Source: Eledone cirrhosa
Taxonomy: Eukaryota
Assembly (NCBI GenBank): GCA_964016885.1
Contig: OZ024745.1
Location: 69,378,001 to 69,442,000 of the forward strand
Direction of reading: 5' to 3'
Length of the DNA stretch: 64,000 nt
Both the position numbers and the translations under genes were made by a program. The notes beneath the pieces were generated by a model. That model was not told where the DNA came from and searched no databases. It saw nothing but the letters and a program-made list of their open reading frames with translations. How positions within the stretch are numbered: position 1 is the first letter of the stretch; every line of letters starts with the position of its first letter. Positions 40,694 to 56,614 of the stretch are shown one piece after another.

Positions 40694-40724
<31 letters not shown>

Positions 40725-40737
40725 CATATATATATAC

Positions 40738-40768
<31 letters not shown>

Positions 40769-40769
40769 C

Positions 40770-40800
<31 letters not shown>

Positions 40801-40801
40801 C

Positions 40802-40846
<45 letters not shown>

Positions 40847-40861
40847 CATTATATATATACA

Positions 40862-40929
<68 letters not shown>

Positions 40930-40956
40930 CATACATACATATATATATATATATAC

Positions 40957-41037
<81 letters not shown>

Positions 41038-41041
<4 letters not shown>

Positions 41042-41440
41042 AGGCGCATGGGATACTGGTTAGAGCAGTAGGCTTGCAATCGAAAGGTAGTGAGTTCAAT
41101 TCTCGGACCGGGTGATGTGTTGTATCCTTGAGCAAGACACTTTATTTCATGTTGCTCCAGTTTACTCAGCTGAAAATGAGTACCAGCAATAGTTAGAGGT
41201 TTAACCCTGCGATGGACTGGCGTCCTGTCCAGGGGGAGTCTTGTACTCTCAGTCTGTTAACGCCATGAAACCGGGATTAGCACCGGCCAAATAAGCCTTC
41301 TGGCATAAGACAGACTTTAGACTTACGGCTTGCCCGCCCAGCGAGTGGGATGGCGTCATCGTATGGCTAAAACAGCACGTGCTGTGACCAGCGGCGCCGA
41401 ATGGCGCCCGACAGACTGGTCGGTTAATGTGATCAAGGTG
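41038..41440 (+). mobile_element. Full-length tRNA-derived SINE (~400 bp)
   Basis: tRNA-like head with B box gagttcaattc, central ccttgagcaagacactt and ccctgcgatggactggcgtcctgtccagggg blocks, GC-rich 3' tail, (TA)n flanks. Confidence 0.9.
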
Positions 41441-42858
41441 TTATATATATACATGTATATATATATGTACATGATATACAGCAGGATATATCAATTCAGA
41501 ATCAAACTAGTATTTTGTACAGATATACTGAACGAATTATTTGTTAGTTTAAATATATGTGAGATTTATAGCAGATACCTAATCATACAGACGAAGGAAA
41601 TAGTGGTCTTGAAATGTTTACACAAATCGATTATTGGTGATCGATACTGATTATTGTTATCGAAGTTCTGAGAGTATTCACCATTTTAACATCGAGAAAT
41701 ATGTATTTAAATTTACATATAAATGTATATATGTACCAAATTCTATTTTATTTCACAATTGATATATTTTGTAATCGTTTATAGTTACATCATAAATGCC
41801 CAGAACTGAAATTTATTGAGATTGTTATAGAGAAACATTATTGATATATATTTCATATGCAGTGATTAAACCTAAAATTAGCTTGTACGGAACACACATA
41901 CACACACACATATATATACTTTTGCGAACCACTAGCATCAATTGCGTTGTTGTAATTGTAGTTTAAATTCATATATTATTTATGTAGATAAGGCGGCGAT
42001 TGACAAAGTCGTTAAAACGGCAGAGTAAACAATCCTGGTTATTTGTTCAAACACTCTACGAACTAAATTCAAATCCTGCCGAGATCAACGTTGTGCTTGC
42101 TCCTTTCACAGACTAAATATAAAATATCAATTGAGTATTACGTTTGATTTTACAACTGTTTCGCTCTCTTTCTCTCTATCTCTCTGCCACGTACACTATT
42201 TTTCTTTGTCTCTCTCACGGTTCCATTCATTCAGTAGAAGAAATTGTAGATGTTTAGATATGGAACGGGACGGGCTCTGCTTATTGTAAATTGCCAAAGA
42301 CAACAGGCGTCAAGACGGCGCCTTTTCAACTCCATCACGTGTTAAAAACACTTTACCATTTTCTTTTTTTCAATTATCCACAAGCAATTAGCAGAGGAAA
42401 TTATATATAGTTGTGTATTCTTATTTGTAGGGACAAATAAGTGTAAGAGTAATTAATGGAAGAGCCCACCAACGTGTGTATGTATATAACACTTAATGGA
42501 TTATGGTTTATTTAGTGCCCGTTATGTTTGAGTATGTGAAAGCTAAAGCTGGGTTAAAAGCCTTAATATTAGATCTAAATATGACACCCTTATCAATACT
42601 GTCAGTTAATAGTTTCCTTTTATTCGCATGTGAATGGGAAATGGGTGGTAGTAGCACTTCTCCTTTACCACAACATAAACTCAATATAAGCCTTATCAGT
42701 CAATAGTTAAAGAATCGGTCCTTCAGCATCTTGAGAGCGCCACATTTACAACATTCCTCATTTAACTTACCCACGTAGTATTTCAATTAAATATATTTGT
42801 CAAGAAAAGATTGTTTAGTATGATTGAACCAGATGTTCATCTCCGCCCCATAAAGAAA

Positions 42859-43245
<387 letters not shown>

Positions 43246-43257
43246 AGGGGTGGTGAC

Positions 43258-43615
43258 ACCCCCTCTCTGTATCAATTAACACCAAACTCTTCCCCTCTAT
43301 ATCTCTACTACAAGGAACTCTCTTCCAATCCCCCTTTCTATAGCTACTACAAGGGAATCTCTTCCATTCCCCCTCTCTATATCAATGAGCACCAAACTCT
43401 TCCCCTCTCTATATCTACTACACTGAACTCTCTTCCAATATCCCTTTCTATATCAATTAACTCCAAACTCACCCCCTCTGCATTTCTACACTACGGAACT
43501 CACTTCTTACACCTCTCTATATATCAATTAACCCCAAACTCTCCCGCTCCCTATTTCTACTATACCGAATCTTCTTCCATCCCCCTATATATATCAATCA
43601 ACGCCAAACTGCCCC
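43258..43615. repeat. Degenerate minisatellite with alternating ~30-bp subunits
   Basis: Recurring cccctctctatatcaattaac.ccaaactc and cccctct.tat.tctacta...ggaactctcttcca. Confidence 0.75.
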
Positions 43616-44087
43616 CCCCCCCTTGTAACCTGCTCTTCCAAAACCAACACAGAGTATGAAAAGCCTGGATATTTGAAAGAATGGAAAAAGATTTTTTTTT
43701 TTTTTAGTGCAGATCACCGTCACCCTTAACCTATGCTCCACTACCATCTCAAAGTACAAATCACATTGAAAGAGGTAGCGGCCACACAATGGAAATGTAT
43801 AAAGCATGTTTAAAAGTCTGCTACAGTATATTTTTGGTAAATCATTGTTCATCGATTAAAAGAATCAATTTGTGCCGAATATAGAATAGAAGGCCACTGA
43901 ACTGGATAATGAAAGATTCCAGATGGGAAAAAGAATATCTTATGAAACACTATATATTTTATAACTGGAGGTTTCTCTATATCTACCTACATACATATAC
44001 TTATACGGACATCTTCACCGTCAGTCTTTCTACATAATGCAGTTGTAGTAGCGACATTACGCACCTACTTAAGTTTCGATGGCTTTA

Positions 44088-44151
<64 letters not shown>

Positions 44152-44353
44152 GAAGAAGTTAATATGCCCATGGGTACTATTTATTTTAAAAAATTGGTTG
44201 AATTTTGCTTGTTCTGCTTATCTTAATATATATATATATATATAGTAATAATAATAAAATTGAAGACTAAAATCCAAAGAGGGCTCGATAAGGAAAATAT
44301 ATATCAAATATATAAGAACCGTAGAGCAAATATTTATTAAAATAACAGATTAA

Positions 44354-44404
44354 AGTTTAAGCAAAGAATCGCTGCTTTCACCCTTAACGGGATATTCTGA
44401 AACT
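44354..44404 (-). ncRNA. Degenerate hammerhead (core CAGAATA instead of CTGANGA)
   Basis: agttt-CAGAATA-tccc gttaa gggt-GAAA-gca gcgattctt tgc-TT-aaact; all three stems are intact. Confidence 0.55.
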
Positions 44405-45333
44405 AACAAAGTCAATCTGTAAACGCAGAACTGGATATTTCAAAAAACGTTGCAACCGGGGGAAGACAGGAAGACGATACTTTGGTTCGTGGTAACGTTC
44501 GCTGGCAAAGAACGGGAAAAAACGAATAATACGTCATTAATAGGAGCGGTGAAAAGCAATTACGCGCAAAGACAAAACCACGTTAATGGTATAAAAGAGG
44601 TCGTAGACTAATGTTCTCTTAGGTGGTGCATAGAGACGTTCTCTGGCAATGAACGAAAAAACGAAGATAATAAGTCATATGTGGAGCGTGGAGAACAATA
44701 GCACGCAAAGACAAAACCACGTAAATGGTATAGCAGAAATCGTAGACTAAAATTATAACTAGGAGACCAAATGAATCTCCGCTACAGAGTTAAGAACAAA
44801 GTAAATAAATACAATACACAAGTAATAGAAACAAATAAATACATACACGCAAACAGATACGTACATACACAAGAATACGCAAAACCTTACCATAAGTATA
44901 CAAAACCACGCACATATAAATATGTGTGTGTGTGGTGCTTGTGTACAAATAAATAAATAATTATATAAACGTATATAAGTAAATAAATACGTATATAACA
45001 AGCGCACACGCATACCTACATATAAATACACGAATGTTCGGAGACGTAAGTCAACTAAAACAAGAAGTACACATATACACACACCCACCAAACGTACGAA
45101 CTCGCATACTCACGCGGACGCAAAACTCTCGTATACACATAGCCAAACCCTAAATACCAGAATATGTAAAAATTACATACGCCAGAACAGTCAAATATAC
45201 GTACGAGAAGGTATACATACCTTCACAAAACATACGGGTAATATATACTTACCTATGCAAATAAATAAAGGAATATTCAAAACAAATACTTAGCTCCCAC
45301 ATCAAGACGTAAAATATCCACGTATAGATCGTG

Positions 45334-46005
45334 CTATCCGTTAAGGTATAACGTGGGGCTGTAATACAGGAAAGTTTTGTGCAATTTATGTTTACAAGCC
45401 GAAATTGCCTCAGATTTTTTGTTTAAGATGTGGTCTGTGGCGTAGAGTATTTCCAGGGCCTCAGCGGCGCAGAGGTCACATGGACTTTTATTTCCGTTAT
45501 ACGATCTTGCCCTAGCTAGGATCTCCCAGTGTAACTTATATTGGGTGTGGTTGTCTTTTAGACTCCAGATATAAGCTGAAAGTGACGTCATATTCCTTCT
45601 TAAAGGGTAACGAAAAGAATGGGTATGCATGTAAAGACGCTGCTTGAAACTATTGGCGGTTAACCCTATATAGGCCCTACGGGACGTGGGTGTTACAACC
45701 TTACATATGTAGACAATGTTACTAGAGAGGCATTTCCCGGATAGGGGCAATCAGCCCGATTCCTACAATTACAGTTAGTACTAACTACAGGGTTGCACGT
45801 GTTCCTACGGCTAGGTAGTTTAGCTAAATTTGAAGCTGTGATGTTATGTGCAAGGTTAGGAGTCGTAGAGTAAGAAATTTTAATAGTATTTCTATTAAAA
45901 ATTTTACTATATTTATGTGTAGGGGGAAAATGCTTCGTAATAAGGGAAAGAAAGATCTTAGCTAATGGTGTGGCCACCTCCATATTATATGGTGGGTTAA
46001 ACCAA
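45334..46005 (-). pseudogene. PLE linker plus GIY-YIG endonuclease, one frameshift near 45745
   Basis: WFNPPY..FLSLITKHFP..KIFNRNTIKISYS..CNCRNRADCP / GKCLSSNIVYICKV..YIGLT..FKQR..H..CDLC..E..LNKKSE..CKH. Confidence 0.9.
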
Positions 46006-46055
46006 CAAAGGGTGAAAGCAGCGATTCTTTGCTTAAACTTTAATCTGTTATTTTA

Positions 46056-46100
<45 letters not shown>

Positions 46101-46299
46101 CTCACATCAATATACGTAAAATCAATATATGTACAATCTCACATCAATATACGCACCCTTGTTTATATGTATATATATATATACATATATATCTATCCGC
46201 TTGCTGTTGGTATTATATTCCGTCCCTACTGAAATTCTCGCAGATATGCTTTCATTTAATGAACAAATAAATACAAATAAATATATGGAGCTATAGACA

Positions 46300-46440
46300 T
46301 ATGTATGTGGTTAAGGAGTTTTCTTCGCTGCCACGTAGTGAGATTCTTTCTCACTGTGTGCCAACGTGGGCAAGTGTCTTCCACTGTGGCATTGGGTAAA
46401 CAAATACCATGTGAATAAACTTTGGTAGTAGAAGCATACG
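46300..46440 (+). mobile_element. Decayed tRNA-derived SINE (third family)
   Basis: gtggttaaggag...tgggcaagtgtcttccact...tgtgaataaactttggtag; a related decayed copy lies at ~57975-58180. Confidence 0.55.
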
Positions 46441-48736
46441 TTTTGATCACCTAGCGGATCTCATCAAATCTGCAGGTCTGAACACAACCTATTTCTTCCA
46501 TAGAATGAAGGAGAGAGTAAGAGACAAAGAAAGTATATGTGCGTAAGTGACATAGTGAAGGTTTACACTCGTACTTGACTGGTATTTTTGCTATCGACCT
46601 CGAAATCATAATGTTGCATAACATAGAACATCAACACTATACGTCGAGTATTATACATTATACACCTGTCATTTAGCGTATGAGTTTAACTTTCTAAAAA
46701 GTTATCATTTATATTATTGAAACATCACAACTGTGTCTTGCAAAATGGATATCAGACGCAAACTGGTTCTAATCACTTTCAAGATCTATAATAGCCATAT
46801 CAAAGATCTTATCAGGTCATACATCTTATCCGTCGTTTTTATTATGATGTTAATATATCATGAAAGATGAAATAATGGCCGCTATTGGCAAACTTCCGCA
46901 TACTCTATCATTCTATTGACATAACAGACTGTTCTGCCGACAGCTAATCAGTGACAAAATTGGATTCCTTTACATCACAATGGGGTTGTGTTTATCATTG
47001 CGGTTATCGATTGTTTATATCTAACACAATTTCTCAATATCCAACAACTTTTCATTTTACGCACTGCATTCTATGACTTGTATATATTTCTAACATATTT
47101 CAATTGTACATTTGTGTTGTTTTTATCATTATAATACTGAAATTACCTCTAGGCGTGATTGAAATCTGTGATGAATAACAAAAATAAATTAGTCCATTAT
47201 ACAAGAAACATTCGAGGTTAATAACGAAATCTATTTCTTAGTGTTTTGTCCAATTACACAACATTTCATACAATAGATAAAAATAGATATCCAACGTCGT
47301 AAAACATTTTTATTAATAATAATATATTAAAACTGGTATTGGTTTTTATAGAATTACTTTAGGAGTATTGTTATTCTTTATCCGAACATTCCATTAATCC
47401 CTAATTAACTTTGTTTACTTGAAAATATATGGATGTATTACTTGGGGTAAATTATATAAAAGATATGCAGTGATAGCGCCTAGTTATTTAATTCTTTAGG
47501 ATTGCTCAACAGTGTGTGCCCACTTCTCTCAGCTGTGCGTCGCATTCTCTCGAATACCATATTTGCAGCTTACATTCTGATCAACTGACAGGCTTAGTTT
47601 TTTACTCTTATTGCTCTGACCATATTAAGAAAATTGTTGAAACTGCATTTTCCAATATAGATTATTCACTTATCCACGCTAAATCATGACCATCCATAAA
47701 ACCACATGAAAATAAACACCACTTTTATTTTTACAATGCTGCTACACGGCAACGTCGTATATGGATTCCATTATCGGTCGCCTGAAATTATTACATAATA
47801 AACATTTTATAAAAATATGATTGATGAAGTTTCGTTTACATATTGTTATTGATTAACGACGTATTGCGTGCGTTTCATTGATGAGTGGCTCAATCCACCC
47901 ATGGAAGCTGTGGACTATATATATAATTATTTATAAGAGGGTTGTGTGTGCAGTTGTTTTATATCTGTCCCTGTTCCCCATAAGTATGAAAAGAACTAAT
48001 ATTTAAACACAATCTATCTTTCTATATTGTAAATGCATTTACAATGACTAAATATGTTTCAAAAACACGATATTAACAATTCAAGAACCGAACGTGTTAC
48101 AAAATGTAAAGAACATAACTTATGAAATCCTGTCTTGTTGAAATATATAATGTGATAGTAAACAAACTAGTTTCATCTCATTTCTCTTGTTGATAGCAAA
48201 TACTGGGTGACATAACGAGGTGTCTTGTACATACAATTATACGTAACTTAACATCAGGTAAAGAAAAAGGAGAAACAACACATATGTATTATAATCTAAT
48301 GGTTGTAATTTGCTGGTGTTGTTGTAGTTGTTTTCTTTCTCATTAGCTTTGATTGATTACTCCAGCTGTAAAAACAATCATATTGACAATAAAAACAAAA
48401 TAACGCTTGTGTCAGTTAATAAGAGGAATTTTCACCGCTATAGACGTTGATTTGATTTTCATACAACAAAAATAAATTCAATTATTAGATTTCTAGTACG
48501 TTTTAGATGTCACTATTTTATCGATCGGTTTGGTGTTAATTATTTCGTGTTTGAAACTGGCCGCCATCTTTAAGGTTCAAGCATAGAGTATATGAAATTG
48601 ACGTTGAGAAAAAAAGAACTAGTGTCTTGATTGCTGCAAATGCTTTATAAACGATAGGATATATACATTCAGTTAAAATACACATAAATTTCATCTACAG
48701 AAACCTAGTACTTCATTCAGTGATTTATCACAAACA

Positions 48737-48787
<51 letters not shown>

Positions 48788-48958
48788 GCATCCACACACC
48801 GATACAGACGGAGAGTGAAGTTTATAGATTGTTTAGTTTGATCTACAAAAGAAATATATAAATATATTTTAGTACATAGAATAGATGGTTTAAATGCTAA
48901 ATACACGTCACTATTTTACCAGTAGATTTAAGGACCCACAGATCAATGGATGGATGAA

Positions 48959-48998
<40 letters not shown>

Positions 48999-49251
48999 CA
49001 CAAAGAAAAAAAAGAGATTCAGTGTTGCGATGAATAGAATTTATTGGACATATTACTAGCGTTTTCTGGCGACCAGCTCGAGGCACGAGCGTGTGAAGAT
49101 CGAATCTGACACTGAAAATAGCAAGGACCTCAGATACGTCTTGATTCTACTAAGCAGATTTTTTTTTTTTTGTGATATCATACTTTGCTCTGTGAGACCA
49201 TTGATTGCTCAAACGGCCTACCGTTTACGGACGCTTTAAGCATCCAACATC

Positions 49252-49321
<70 letters not shown>

Positions 49322-49324
49322 GTA

Positions 49325-49426
<102 letters not shown>

Positions 49427-49438
49427 TGTATATATATG

Positions 49439-49537
<99 letters not shown>

Positions 49538-49547
49538 GTATATATAA

Positions 49548-49644
<97 letters not shown>

Positions 49645-49663
49645 GTATATATGTATATATGTA

Positions 49664-49712
<49 letters not shown>

Positions 49713-49753
49713 GTATATATATATATGTATATATATATGTATATATGTATATA

Positions 49754-49846
<93 letters not shown>

Positions 49847-49891
49847 GTATATATATATATATGTATATATATATATGTATATATGTACATA

Positions 49892-49922
<31 letters not shown>

Positions 49923-49929
49923 GCGTGTG

Positions 49930-49964
<35 letters not shown>

Positions 49965-49967
49965 GTA

Positions 49968-50038
<71 letters not shown>

Positions 50039-50120
50039 GTTATTCCGGGTTGAATCGGAGGTAACCACAGTAAGTAAGGTACTCAATACATAGCAGAGTA
50101 TAACAGTTTTAATATAGATG

Positions 50121-50171
50121 AGATTCTACAGGACTAGAACTGTTTCATTCATTAGAAATCATCAGGAATCT
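50121..50171 (-). ncRNA. Type I hammerhead ribozyme (inverted copy)
   Basis: Reverse complement of 57411-57461. Confidence 0.8.
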
Positions 50172-50414
50172 GGGTATCAAAAAATAAAAATGGTATTTAT
50201 AGGTCTCTACAAGTGGTAGGAGAGGGTGGGGAGTGGGATGGGTGCAGGTCATTGGTTGATAGAAAAGGGAATTCATTAAAAGCTAATTCTACAAAGCTAT
50301 AGTTTATTTTTATTTATATTTATTTATGGTTTAGAGTAACAAGGGCAGACAGAATTCTATAAACAGGTTCCGGATGGCATACCAATCCTTGTCATTAAGT
50401 TTCTCTTAAGCTAA

Positions 50415-50666
50415 AATCAGACAACACTCGCCTCCTACGTTTGGGACCTCAAAAGGAACTCCACCCCCTTCACGCTTAAATGGAAAATACTCCAGAAAGC
50501 GCACTCTTACAACGGAGGACACAAGGGCTGCGACCTTTGTATTTCAGAGAGCTACGAAATTTTATTCGCCAAGGGGCCGCTACTGAACAAACTCTCTGAA
50601 CACTGCATGCACAAGAACTTTGCAACTTTCAAACACTTTCAGCCAGTGTTAAAGCCCGATGGCTAA
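50415..50666 (+). pseudogene. PLE GIY-YIG C-terminal fragment (not in the ORF track; no start codon)
   Basis: [67 protein letters not shown]. Confidence 0.85.
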
Positions 50667-50968
50667 AAACGACCTCCCCCTATTGGCCCCTATACCTCCT
50701 TCCCACCCTACCCCCACCCCTCCTCAACCTGAAATACGGCCACTATGGTTATGTGAGTACCTCTTTCGTATCTACATTTTCTGCCTGTAGAGGTGTCTTT
50801 ATGTGCCTGCGTATATGCGTATATTTATTGAGTACCTATTTATTTGTATGTGTATATATATGTATATATATATATGTGTATATATGTGTATGTATGTATG
50901 TATGTATGTATGTGTATGTATGTATGTATGTTTATGTATGTGTGTGTATGTATATGTATGTGTATGTG

Positions 50969-51025
<57 letters not shown>

Positions 51026-51026
51026 T

Positions 51027-51103
<77 letters not shown>

Positions 51104-51212
51104 ATGTGTGTATGTGTGTGCGTGTGTGTGTGTATATATATATATATAGATATATATATATATATAGTTGTGTGGGCAGGTGTGTATATATATGTGTGTG
51201 TGTATTTGTATG

Positions 51213-51250
<38 letters not shown>

Positions 51251-51332
51251 TATGTATGTGTATATATATGTATGTGTATATGTATATATATATATATATG
51301 TATATGTATATGTGTATATATGTATATGTGTG

Positions 51333-51366
<34 letters not shown>

Positions 51367-51436
51367 CGTGAGAGAGAGTGTGTATATATATTTGTGTGTG
51401 TGTGTGTGTGTATGTGTGTATGCGCGTGTGTGTATA

Positions 51437-51477
<41 letters not shown>

Positions 51478-51564
51478 GTGTGTATATATGCGTTATATGT
51501 CTGCATATATATGTGTATATTTATGTATAGGTCTGTGTATGTATGTGTATGTTTGTATATATAT

Positions 51565-51623
<59 letters not shown>

Positions 51624-51695
51624 TTTATACATATGCATGTGTATGTGTGTGTGTATATATGTGTGTGCGTGTATATATATATATGTGTGTATATG

Positions 51696-51740
<45 letters not shown>

Positions 51741-51837
51741 GTATGTATGTATGTATGTGTGTGTGTGTATGTGTGTGTGTGTGTATATATATGTGTATAT
51801 ATATGTGTGCGTGTATATATATATGTGTGTTTATATG

Positions 51838-51881
<44 letters not shown>

Positions 51882-51964
51882 CGTATGTATGTGTGTGTGT
51901 ATGTGTATATATGTGTGTGTGTGTATGTGTGTGTATATGTGTATATATAATATGTATATGTGTG

Positions 51965-51995
<31 letters not shown>

Positions 51996-52134
51996 ATGTG
52001 TATATATATATATATGTATATATATGTATATATATGTGTATGTACATACGTGTATATATGTGTGTATATATATGTTTATATATATGTATGTGTATATGTA
52101 TGTTTGTATGTGTTTGTAAGTGTGTATATATATA

Positions 52135-52757
52135 CATTTTTGTCTACTGCTATTTCAAGGAATTTACCTTCTAACACCAGAACAAGAACTCTCCCTCCCA
52201 CAGTCCACAAAGGTCGTCAAATCCTACCCAAACCATCATCTACACCTCTCACAACACACACACCCACATACCCACCCACTCGAAACCCCATCATTTGCCG
52301 CTACTCTCTACGCTATAGAATATGTACGGATAGTGGCTGCAAATTCACCCATTTACCTAGGACAAAACGATCTATCCCCACAAACAGCCACCACCATAAT
52401 ACATACTCTAATTTAACACCAACACAACCACCAATAACTCAAACAAGGAATCCACAAATCTGCCGCTTTTCCCTGCGAGACAGATTGTGTTTAGACCGGG
52501 ATTGTCCCTTTACCCATCTCCCGGGGACCCGTCGGACAAATGAAAATAAAATTAAAAATAAAAGCAAAAACAAAAACCATAACCTACATAAAAATAACCA
52601 CTACCACAGTCACCAACAGTGTTCTAAACAGGAAACTTCTTCCTCTTTTTTAGCCATAATGAATCTGGCAAAAGAACTGGAAAAAAACATTCGAGCTATC
52701 ACCCAGCACCACCCTCCACTATCACCCCACTGCACAAACTCCCATTGCTGCCATTAA
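52135..52757 (+). CDS. LINE ORF1 C-terminal part with two CCCH-type zinc-finger motifs
   Basis: [22 protein letters not shown] and [22 protein letters not shown]; overlaps the ORF2 start. The upstream part of the tracked ORF is microsatellite. Confidence 0.7.
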
Positions 52758-55700
52758 CAAACAAACAAATTAACAACACACCAAAACAATTAAAACCATC
52801 CACTCTCGCCTCTACATTTTTGCTTAACGCCCAAGGCATCAGCCCTTCCACCAATACTCAAAAATGGAAGATCAAATTCCTGGAGGACTGGATTGATGTC
52901 CATCCAAACCACATCCCTTTCTTCGTCCTCACTGAAACCCATCTCAGTAACCTCCATTTGGAAGCCGAGGTGAAAGTAAAAAATTTCAAAGCCATCCGTG
53001 CTGATCGCGCTGGCAGAAGAAAGGGCGGAACTGCCATTTATGTCCATAATTCTTTCTCAACAGAGGCTATGAACATATTCACTAATGGATACTGTGAAGC
53101 AGTCACTGTATTCAGTCAAACCAACAACCTATTAGTAGTTGGGCTCTATAGGCCACCCCAAACGCCTGTACCATGCTTCAAGGAATGCCTCAACAGCATA
53201 AAGTATTTCATCCAAGAGTGTCACCCTGACAACATCTTAATGATGGGGGACTTCAACCTCCCCGGAGTTGACTGGTCCACAAACAGCCTGCCACCAGGTT
53301 CTTCTGCCTCAACCTCTGACAGGGAAGCTGTGGAATCGCTTCTTGACTTCATGGATGATTTCTTCCTATCCCAACTGGTGCTCGAACCAACGAGGTGCCA
53401 CAAAAACGTCCTAGACTTAATTTTCAGCAATCACACTGACAATATCCACAATATTGCAGTGGAGAAAACTCTACTCTCTGATCATGACATGGTTCTCTGT
53501 GATCTGAGATTCCACCGTCCAATATACAAACCCAATGTCATCTCTCCTGTCCATCCGTTTGACGCTATGGATTTCCACAATGCAAACTGGGAAGCGATCA
53601 GTCATGATCTTGCACATGTCGACTGGTCCTTCACGCACACTCATACACCCACTAACATAAAAAGTCCTGGCAGACATTTGTGGACACTGTTACAAACATA
53701 TGTGCTAAACACACCCCATTAAGAACTATAAACAAATCTAAGAGCAGAATCCCTAGAAATAGAAAAACGCTCATCAGAAAAATTAAGAGAACGAACAAAA
53801 AAATCAACAAGCTGAAATACTGCCAGCAGCAACACATCAACTTGACTGCCATTTCATCACTAGAGATTAAAAAACATAACCTCCAAAACAACATAATGTC
53901 CCTCATCAACAATCAGAGAAGAGCTGAAGAGGCCTGGGCCATTGAGAAGATCAAACTCAATCCCAAAGTGTTCTTTTCATTTGCAAAAAAACACAAAATC
54001 ACTGGCTCTACTGTTGGCCCTCTAATTGATGAAAATGGCACTCTTCAAGACAATGCTAAAACCATGGGTGAGATACTGCAGAAACAATACTGCTCTGTTT
54101 TCAGCAATCCTGATATGGCCGATCTGGGCTGTATCGGCGATGTTACTCCCCATTACACCTTATCGGACATAACGTTTGGCGCCTCTGATGTCTTGGCGGC
54201 AATAAAGGAAATCAAGCATAATTCAGCAGTAGGTCCCGATAGGTTCCCTGCTTGTGTCTTGAAGGCGTGTCAACACCAACTTGCATCTCCTCTTGCCAAT
54301 CTGTGGCGGAACTCACTGGATGCTGGATATGTGCCAGAAAACCTTCTATCCCAGTCTGTTGTCCCAGTTTTCAAAAAGGGAAACAAATCCCTTGCCGTGA
54401 ATTACCGTCCAATCTCACTCACCTCTCATATCATTAAGGTATTTGAGAGAGTGGTGAGATCGCGAATGACCCACTTCCTTGAGAGTAACAATATGCTGAA
54501 CTCCAACCAGCATGGATTCCGTAATGGAAGGGATTGCCTGACGCAGCTACTGCATCACTTTGATGACATTTTGAGAGCCTTGGGAGAGGGTTCCAACACT
54601 GATGTTATCTACCTTGATTTCAGCAAGGCCTTTGACAGTGTTGATCATAACATTCTACTGAGAAAGCTGTCCAATATTGGTGTCACTGGAAAGCTGCTGC
54701 AGTGGATCAAGAGCTTCCTGTCAAACAGAACCCAACATGTTGTAGTTGAGGGAGTCAAATCAAGCCCAGCCAAAGTCAGTAGTGGGGTCCCACAAGGCAC
54801 TGTGTTGGGCCCACTTCTCTTCATCATCTATATTAATGACATCACTGACATCATCAAACACAGCAACATTAACATTTTCGCTGATGATTCCAAGCTCCAA
54901 AAGGTCATCAATGGCGTGGATGACCGGATAAGCCTTCAGTCAGACCTACTGGCTGTTACCCAATGGGCAGAAAAGAACAACATGTTACTGAACGAAGACA
55001 AATTCGAACTGATCCACTTTGGAAAAGAGGATGCTCTGAAACTCCCGTACTCCCTTCCCTCCGGGGAAACTCTCGTGGCATCTAACAACATCAGAGACTT
55101 GGGAGTAACCGTGGACAGCAACATAAGCTGGACCACGCATATAAGCAGCAAGGTTGACATGGCCCGCAGAATGTGTTCCTGGATCCTCAGAACCTTCCAG
55201 TCAAGAGATTCCCGCACCATTATCCTTCTCTTCTCTACTTTTGCCCGACCACACCTTGAATACTGTTGTCCACTGTGGTCTCCCCACACGAAACAAAGTA
55301 TCATGAAACTTGAAGCTCCTCAAAGGGCAATCACGAAAAAGATAGATGGCATGTCAGACCTTGACTACTGGGGTCGATTAGAAAACCTGCAACTTTACTC
55401 ACTCCAACGTCGCCGTGAGCGTTATATTATCTGCATGATGTGGAAAATGTTCCATCATCACTGCCCAAATGATGTTGGCATCGCCTTCAAGATACACCCA
55501 AGGCTTGGGCCCCGTGCTATCCGTCCCATTCAAAAATCTAACTCGCAACTCATAACAACAATACGGCACAATTATTTCACCTCAATCGGCCCTGCTCTCT
55601 TCAACATCACACCAGGACACGTCAAAACAGAAACTGACCACACAAAATTCAAGAAGTCTTTGGACAAATTCCTCCAAGTAATCCGGGACAAACCACCCAC

Positions 55701-55764
55701 ACCCGGATATGTCTCCGCAAACAGTAATTCTCTTCTCGAATGGGCCATGGTGCCCAAATCCTGA
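52745..55764 (+). pseudogene. LINE ORF2 (APE endonuclease + reverse transcriptase), single frameshift near 53660
   Basis: LNAQG, LTETHL, GLYRPP, MGDFN, LDLIF, LSDH in 52745-53722. NYRPISL, QHGFR, YLDFSKAFD, GVPQGTVLGPLLF, FADD, DLGV, RPHLEYC in 53680-55764. Confidence 0.93.
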
Positions 55765-55848
55765 ATTGAAAGACTTCGCCAGGTGGTGCTATTAAGTTAG
55801 ACATGGCCTGGGCCAATACTGGCCAAAACATTTCAAAGTTATTCAAAG

Positions 55849-55918
<70 letters not shown>

Positions 55919-55979
55919 GTGTGTGTGTATGTATGTATATGTGTGTATATTTTTATATATATGTATATATTTATGTGTA

Positions 55980-56012
<33 letters not shown>

Positions 56013-56069
56013 GTGTATGTGTGTGTATATATATGTGTATATATATATGTATATGTATGGGTGTGTGTA

Positions 56070-56183
<114 letters not shown>

Positions 56184-56295
56184 GTGCTTTTGCCTTATAT
56201 ATGTGTATGTGTGTGTATGTGTGTGTATATATATATATATATATATGTGTGTGTATGTATGTGTGTGTGTGTGTTTACCTGTGTATATATTTGTT

Positions 56296-56326
<31 letters not shown>

Positions 56327-56491
56327 GTGTATATGTATATGGTTATATATATGGATGTATATATATATATATGTATATGTATATATATGTGTGTGTGTGT
56401 TTGTGTGTATGTGTGTGTATATGTATATATGTGTGTGTATGTGGTTTTTTTTATATATATATATATATATGTGTGTGTATGTGTATATGTA

Positions 56492-56530
<39 letters not shown>

Positions 56531-56573
56531 ATACGTATGTGTGTGTATATATATGTGTATGTATGTGTGTGTG

Positions 56574-56614
<41 letters not shown>

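Larger units (their letters stand above)
44250..46062 (-). mobile_element. 5'-truncated PLE with short inverted end
   Basis: Frameshifted ORF 45334-46005; 46011-46062 is the reverse complement of 44330-44383; internal ~125-bp tandem duplication at 44495-44750. Confidence 0.85.
52135..55850 (+). mobile_element. CR1/Jockey-group LINE, near full length, inserted in microsatellite
   Basis: ORF1 remnant, APE endonuclease, RT, short 3' UTR with ggcca-atac-tggcc hairpin and (ttcaaagtta)2 tail. Confidence 0.92.

Noticed and set aside
43258-43615. CRISPR-like periodicity
   Set aside because: Degenerate minisatellite without unique spacers; eukaryotic context and no cas genes.
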